DNA of 64,000 nucleotides from Phoronis australis (Eukaryota; Animalia; Phoronida), in NCBI GenBank assembly GCA_002633005.1, contig NMRA01000022.1, positions 1,586,485 to 1,650,484 of the forward strand, read 5' to 3'. Position numbers and translations under genes: made by a program. Positions 56,641-64,000 of the stretch are shown here, piece after piece. The notes beneath the pieces were generated by a model, which was not told where the DNA came from, did not search any database, and saw only the letters and a list, made by a program, of their open reading frames with translations. The number at the start of each line of letters is the position of its first letter. The stretch's first letter is position 1.

Positions 56641-59600
56641 CTACGCCACACGTGGTCTAAAGGCGGTGCCTACAAAGTTCGGTAGGCCAACTTACCAAGG
56701 TTGGTCATGGGAAGTTTGTATCTGTTCAGTGATAAATTAGATTTATTCTTCTGTGAAATATAGAAAAGAGAGCACAGCATAGAAATATTAGACATGCGAA
56801 CATTTTCAATTCTAAACACACAAAACGCTCGTTATAACCCAGTGGCTCAGAAGTCGATCAGGTCTGTCGCAGACTGGAGATATCACGAACATAAACCAGC
56901 TGGGCTAGTCGGCTGCCAAAGTTGAAAACTAAACTTCCAGTCACGAAAAGACTAGACTAATGAACCAAAGAAATAATGCATGTGAATATTTTGGTGAATT
57001 GGACGTGAAATTGCAAATCTGCTTACTCGCCGGAGGCCGCAAAATCAGGTTCCCCTTCTACAGAACCGTCAGGGCAAAAGTTGTATTAATAACAACATTG
57101 ACTCAAATAATGCATCCATAAAAATTCCCCTAACATCTGACCACAGCATATAAAATCGAGTTACTGTTTCACAACAGTTTTTTGTCAGCAAACACTGAAT
57201 TAGCATGCACTCACATGGCCTCGGTACCATTGCATCTGATGCTGATAATGCAGTTTGAATCTTAAAACATTTGCATTCACCAACACTCCAAAGGCATTAC
57301 AAGTTGTATCTACTGAGACAGACTTTGACAATTCGTTTCAGTTTTATATAAACATTGGTTAGGGTGAGAATAATTCATTTTGAAACAGAAGCACTATAAT
57401 AAAAGTCAACATAGCAACTTACAATCAGACAGGGAGTTATTTCACTGCCTCATTACTTGGTATTGACGGCATACTTTTCATTCTTTAATGCCGTGAACCA
57501 CTTACGAAGCATTGCAGGTTCTCATGGAAATCGAAAAAACGATATACCCACTTTCCTCGCAGCTTTATGGTTCGCACATAGCGACACACACTCAGATTAA
57601 AAACCACTGACAATGCTGTATTGTGTACTCATCTTCCTCACAGGTTAACCCAAAACCTGTTGGCGAGGTGAGATTGACCAGATACGAGGTGATGTGGAAT
57701 TCGACTGATTAACTGTCATTCGACGTGAGCACCAAAAGTTCAACTCTAGGGCCACCGACTCAGATCTTGAAAAAAATTGTGTGTTCAGACATCCCGGTGA
57801 GATACGTTCCAAATGTTTATTTGAAATTTTTGGGCCATTATTTTTAAGTTAGAGCATCATGAATATTTTCGCCTAAAATAGCCCATTTTTCATTCAAGCT
57901 TCAGTTAGTGAAGTTAAAACGCCTTAAAAGCACAGGAAAGAAAAAAAACTTTATAATGTTTATGTAGACAATGAATCTCTCTTCCGGAAGACAGTCAAAA
58001 GGGTTTCTGTTAACCTTCATGGGAGTGCCAAAATAAGGTAAATTTTGCCCAATTTTGTGTATTTGAGTTTTAGCTATTTTTGAGGTGCTCTGGGGGCCAG
58101 TTTGTGGGGTGTTGGTGATTTCCAATATGAGATAATTTTATCACGCTTTTTGTTTATTTCAAGCAACAGCCGATAGAAGACATTCCATCGCCTATTTTAA
58201 AGTGCCTGACTATGGCAGTATGCAGCTGTATCTCATAAATCTCATAAAGAGGCTTCATTACTTTTTGCAAATATGTTTCTATGGTGATCAAATCAGTCGA
58301 TGTCAACTTTTAGATACTTTGACTACTGCTGGCAGTTTCTATTGACTATATTTAGTAGGTGAAATTTCATGAAATTAGGTCAAAAAATTTTCATGAAAAG
58401 AAATGATGGCACATGCATATTTGAGAACGACTTTTCAATATTAATCTAATATTCTGTTACGATATTTTGTTTTCTGTCTACTATAATTGTACCTGAGGAT
58501 GACTTGATAATATTGAAATATCATTTACATGCTGCACTTTAGCATGGCTTTTGTTTTCCGCATCTTACTTCTAATTTGGCCAACAGTAATATCATTTATA
58601 TGCATGTTTTCAAATGATTCTAACCTGTACCACACCCCCTCCCCCCCCCATCAGCTGCTTACTTATGCTGTGCAATGGTAATGACCACCTCATAATCATT
58701 ACATAGAATGTATAAAGTCATTTTACTGAGTATTGTCCTTCTTACAGGATGCTAATCGTTAGATTCCACACAAATCTGATTTTCTCATTTGTTGTCACAC
58801 TCCATGAGAGATAAAATGACATCTCTTAAAATATTGAAATATTGGATGTACCGGTTCCTAAATTTCATTGTAGCTAAGACTTAAACCTAACAAAGTGATC
58901 TCAGTAAAAATAAATACGCAAACAAAAATGACGATACATGTAACAGCCTTTTGCCACTGAGTAATCTTATGTACTTTGGAAAATTTCAGCAATACAGGCT
59001 GAACCAAGCTCACCATGAAAGTAGACATGCATAATTGTCACCATGGCGACTGAGTACCACAAAAGCTAGAATTTTACAAGCATGATAATAAAAAATATGA
59101 AGCTAAGAGACACAAGGATTCGAGTAAGCTTCACACTTCATGATCCAAATGTAAACCATTTCTGTAAATCAAATAAGATTTTTCACACAATTGTTGCTTT
59201 GATATATTTTGAAGTAGAAAGTAACTAGTTACAAAACATAAATCAAAAGCACAATTTATGCATAACATTAAGAAAAATATGTCATGTTGTGACACACTCA
59301 TACATTGAACAAAAGTTGACTTCCAAACGAAGCATTTCAACACAACTTCATTGTGTTCATATCTTTCGTTAGAATTAAAATTACTATCACTAAATTTCAG
59401 GGGACAGATTGTCTACTGCAACTGAAACTAACACACAAGATAACATAGAGTTCCTGGTCTGAATTAAGTAATAAGGACCTATAACAGACTCCAAAGACCT
59501 TGAAATCATTCCTATTCCGAGCAAGGTACAACATGAGACAAGACCAATATAGGCCTGTAATAGTGTCTGAAATCAAAAGTTGGTTTTTGACAGAAGGTGC

Positions 59601-61149
59601 CCGCTTATTGCCTGTTTAATAACATTTCTAGAAAATCTTGCAAATCAATTCAACAAACACTTAAAAAATATGCTTAGTTGATCAAAATCACCTTGAAAAG
59701 GGAAACTTATCCTTTTGAGGAGTTACTATATATGGTAATAATAACTTGAAGTATTTCAGAAATCATAACATTACAAGAAACAATCGATAACGCTATATTA
59801 ATTGTTAAAATATGTCCTACTTAATGACTCAGCACAATGCTGTCATTCGGGACATGACAATGAAGCACCATGCACGCAATTCATTCTATCATTGTTGGAA
59901 AAAAAGAAAAATATTGATTGCTGCAAGCTCCCAGGGTCTGGTATGTTCTGATGACATTCAATGTCAGTCAACAGGCGATACTGCCGTAGGTGTAATGTCA
60001 GAGTCAACAGGCGATATTGCCACCGACTTAATTATCAACCAGTCAAAACAAGATGATACTGCCTTTAGATTTCCAAGAGATCATCCATGTATAAAAAATG
60101 TTTGTAACTGTGCCTTTGGTAGGAACTGTACTTGGGTCCAATGGCCTTAATAACTGAAATAAATAGTTATGCTGGGTGTTGATATGGATCCACTGTGTGC
60201 AGCATGGTGGCATACAGCAAAGACACAAATTTAAAGATGAGCCTTATTCTGAACATCACTGCAAGTCGATTAGCTAGGCTACCAATTAGTTCAGTGAAAA
60301 AAAAGAAACAAGTTTTCTATTGGGATTTCCTTCCAGTCTCATGGCAGACAATTAAATCCTTGTTTCAATAGTGTCCCTTCGCCAACCACTGAATTAACAT
60401 ATGATTGACAGTCCTTCAATTATAAGGTGATTTTACATGAGGAGTTGTAGTCACGGGGCGGGGGGGGGGTTGGGGGTGTGAGTTGTCATGGCATGATTTG
60501 CTCCACTTTAGTTGCATTTACATGACATTAGATCGCAAACTGAGTCATTTACAAGAAGACTGTCTGTCCATGCTTGCATAAACAATAGTGGATGTCCAAA
60601 CCATGTGGAATGCCAGCAGATCATCCATCATCCGTACCAACGATATTGCGCAAGCATAACAGAGAGGATCCCTTCCACCTTGACCCAGTTATGTTAGACA
60701 TGTGGTCGACAACGGAGCAACTGATCAAGTGCAACTTGCTCTACCTCCCAGTGTCAAAAATGGCTGCCGCAGTGTCAACTTGCTCCGCGTAACTCGCGTT
60801 TGCACACACTCTTTTACCTGATCAGCTGTTCAGTGTTAGTTGTTCCGTGACAATTGTCTCCCATGTATATATGCGGCTATAGCCCGATTGCACCTGAAAA
60901 GCTGGGCATGAATTACATATTCATTCAAGGGTTTCTGAAAACATTAGCAGTCATTAACACCGCACATCTGTCACTACAAGGAGTGGCTACATTAAGCAGC
61001 AAGAAAGCTATGGCACTTCTTTATATGCATGACTCCATTGTCAGAAATAGCAGCACACACACATCGCAAGATCGTCAAAACTCTGTGTCAGATCAAAACT
61101 TTTCTGTACATAGCACGCAGTTAATCCATCAATCCATTCTCTACATATC

Positions 61150-61420
61150 CTGCAGAAATGCTCTAATCCCCCACAGAATAATGAAAAACCCACCAGGGGC
61201 ACCAGGGGGCGAGGTAGATTAAAAGTGGCATGAACCGTTTTAGTGATGTTCTACACCCTTGTATCAAATTTCATCCAAATGCTATCAGGGTTTTTCGACA
61301 AATGAAGCAGAGAACCGTACAACTGTACAACCTGATACCTGGACAAAGTGACGACAATATGCGACCAAATATATACATTATGAATATGTATGTGTATATG
61401 TATGTCATGTGGTCACATGA
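61150..61420 (+). mobile_element. Short diverged relative of the Pearl/HINE-like family
   Basis: caccagggggcga, caaatttcatccaaat, and tail gacgacaatatgcgacca...tgtggtcacat with a (TATG)-like insertion in the hairpin loop. Confidence 0.5.
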
Positions 61421-62390
61421 ACATTACCGACAAAGGATTTTGATGTTTGATAGCTGACTAGTCTAAAGCTAAATGCTAACAAAAGGCCTTTCCCACTGCC
61501 TCCCAGGCTTTGGTATTACCAAAGCTTCAGTCAGTGGGAACACTTAACTTTGGTCTTTTATCAAAGTTAACAGCACTAGTTAAATCCAGAGTTAAGAGGT
61601 GGATTTAACAGCGAAGCGTTGACGCTTCTTTAAAATGAGAACACTTAACTTCAATGCCATCAGACTTATTGGCAGGTGTCACTGCATTTGCCAGTAATGT
61701 GGCAATTAGTTAATATTTCCAGCATTTGTTATTTTGGCAGTATAAGCATTCTGTTTCAATTTGTCCAAATGCTTGCTGGATTCTTCGCTTAAGAAATAAT
61801 AAGAAGTCATTGAATGTTTTGCGTACACAAAACCAGTTCCAGCCAAACCTCATACCGCCTTTACACAGATCTGCTGCAACCTACAAGACTCCAATTTTCT
61901 GTTAAAAAGTCGTCGCCTTCTGAAGTTGACGTCTTCCTGTGTGTGTGGGGAGAAGGGGAGGTCCTTGCCATTTTTGATGGCAATGACAAAAACAGTAAGG
62001 CATAAAAACGTATACAGACCCAATGAGATAATTTAATTATATATAGCTGATTGTACAGACCAAGGTGATACAGGTGTCGCCGTGCCGATAACTTCGCTTA
62101 ACTATAACTCTGAAGTTGATGTGAACACTCACGGTCTCAACTTCAGAGCAAACCACAGTAACTATCTTATCTTCGATTGTAGTGAAATTATCTGTATGAG
62201 AAATGACCTAATGGATCGTCATCTTAAATTTACCTATTGCAAAACTACAAAATATCACAAATCAGATGGTAGGCAAAGCCAAATCTCAGGTGGATCTAGA
62301 TAATTGTCATGAACACCATGTACTATGACAGTTAATCCACATAATCAATTCTCCCCATGGAACCACACAGTTAATTAGAGCCAACAGTAT

Positions 62391-62522
62391 ACACAAGTGA
62401 TTCCATACCCATCACTACACAAGTGATTCCATACCCATCACTACACAAGTGATTCCATACCCATCACTACACAAGTGATTCCATACCCATCACTACACAA
62501 GTGATTCCATACCCATCACTAC
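62391..62522. repeat. 26-bp perfect tandem repeat, 5 copies
   Basis: acacaagtgattccatacccatcact. Confidence 0.97.
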
Positions 62523-63074
62523 CTCCATCTAGGCAGTACTTAATGCGATCTCAACAGAATGTCAACATACCATGCACTTCTGAAATTATAGCCACACTGA
62601 TGGATTGTCTGATTTAAAAAGTTTGTGACAGTTCACAAATGCATCCTTTATAATATATGCACTTAACAAAAATGCTCTCAAAATTTTGAGTTGCTTTGAT
62701 ATTTCAGTTTCAAAACACAGATACGCTCAATCCATTTGTCTCAACAGTCACAAGCAGCGCTATTGAAGACTATTTCTTCGGTTCACATTGTTTTGAGGTG
62801 AAATCTTTTGTCGGGTTTCTCGACTGTGTAGGATCACAGCCAAGGATGCTCAGGTGAAGGGTTAACTCATCTCTCTGTAACTATCAGGCATTAAACCACC
62901 AGGACCAAAATGCTCCGGGCTCTGACCACCCACCCACACCCTTTCAATGTTCCATAAACCCAATTCATGGCAGATTGACATAAAGTGAAATTGCAGGCTT
63001 TCAACTTTCAGAATACATACTTTTACTGAGTTGAAATCTATAGTTTTGGAGATATTTGGCTAAATTCAGAGACC

Positions 63075-63340
63075 TTTACAGTACAGCCACTGAATTTTTA
63101 GACTTCGTCTGGGCTACCTCACGCCTGGCCAGACCGGAGCGCAACCAGAACACAGGCGTGACAGAAATCAGTCACAGTCGCCTCACGCCTACTCTCCGGT
63201 TAGTCCTCACGCTTACCTCTGGTTTAGTTAACGCCTTCCTCACGCCTCATTCACGCTTTCTTCACGCATCCGTCACGCTTACCTCACACGTTCTTCACGA
63301 TTTCGGTAGCTGTGGTAACCATGGTAGGGCACCGGGCTAA
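63075..63340 (+). repeat. TCACGC-rich segment, probably a transposon subterminal region
   Basis: About 8 TCACGC/TCACG motifs in 200 bp, GC-richer than the flanks. Confidence 0.45.
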
Positions 63341-64000
63341 TCAGTAAAAATACATGTCAAGTCTTGATTGCCTGTCGTTTCGGTCAAGTTGCAAAGACAT
63401 TATAGTATATTATAGAGTATCTTTGCAAGCGGTCATCTATCACACTTGGGTTCCCACTAACTCTGTAATTCCACGTGTTGTTCATACAAACGTCTTCCTT
63501 CAGCTTGTGTTACACTTACATGTACATGTTCAATTTACGACTTAAGAGCCAGTCCCATCAACGACAAACATGTTCAGTAGCCACAGTTAGTAAATACGAA
63601 TAAACGCGACCCTGTGCCCAGAGTCATCTTTACATGGCTGTGGACTCCTTGAAACTTGTCACAGGTGGATACAGTTAATTCGCCCTAAAAATAGCCTACG
63701 CATCTTGTGAAGTATTGTGTCACTCCGTAAATTTTTGCACCACACTGGCGTACAGAAAATTTCAATAGGCCGCCCTTCTGACATACCCATCCCTTACTGC
63801 AAGCAAATGTTTTGACTTAAAAGTCCTGAATCCGTAGTGCAGTTCAATTATTTGTAGCCCCCTCCCCGTAGTACATGCATTCCGACTGAGTACACAGTAT
63901 CCCCGGGGTACTTCTTCACTAAAATAATAATAGCGGTCATCTGTTTGACTCGTCAAATGCATGGGCATGATCAGTTTTCTCCGCATGATGCCGGAACTTG

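Noticed and set aside
60590-60820. GC-richer segment as an upstream exon of the RING gene
   Set aside because: All three minus-strand frames hit stops after the candidate acceptor.
63762-63986. 74-aa minus-strand ORF at the window edge
   Set aside because: No recognisable motif or splice-supported link to a gene; cannot be assigned.

Overview
AT-rich, intron-rich metazoan DNA. The repeat types suggest an invertebrate, probably a lophotrochozoan or mollusc, but the species cannot be determined from the sequence. The minus strand carries the 5' half of TRRAP: 46 GT-AG coding exons traced from ATG 30206 down to 317, with the gene running off the left edge and at least one exon hidden in the N gap at 25820-26453. 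Head-to-head with it on the plus strand is an RPP25/RPP25L (Alba family) gene at 32221-37006, whose ATG appears to be split by an intron. Convergent with that are the last two coding exons of an uncharacterised C3HC4 RING gene (53600-53662 and 42191-42523). Highlights: (1) a box C/D guide RNA in TRRAP's first coding intron that targets U2 snRNA U47 by the D+5 rule, a candidate homologue of vertebrate SCARNA28/mgU2-47; (2) a solo-LTR-like element with a heat-shock-element cluster, TATA box and AATAAA inside an RPP25L intron; (3) a Pearl/HINE-like repeat family carrying three co-oriented CTCF-like motifs per ~450-bp unit; (4) a Penelope remnant with a mutated hammerhead ribozyme; (5) repeated tandem duplication of splice junctions, creating decoy or poison sites. 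Most short ORFs in the supplied track are antisense shadows or repeat artefacts. All assignments are from reading the sequence by eye; no searches were run.
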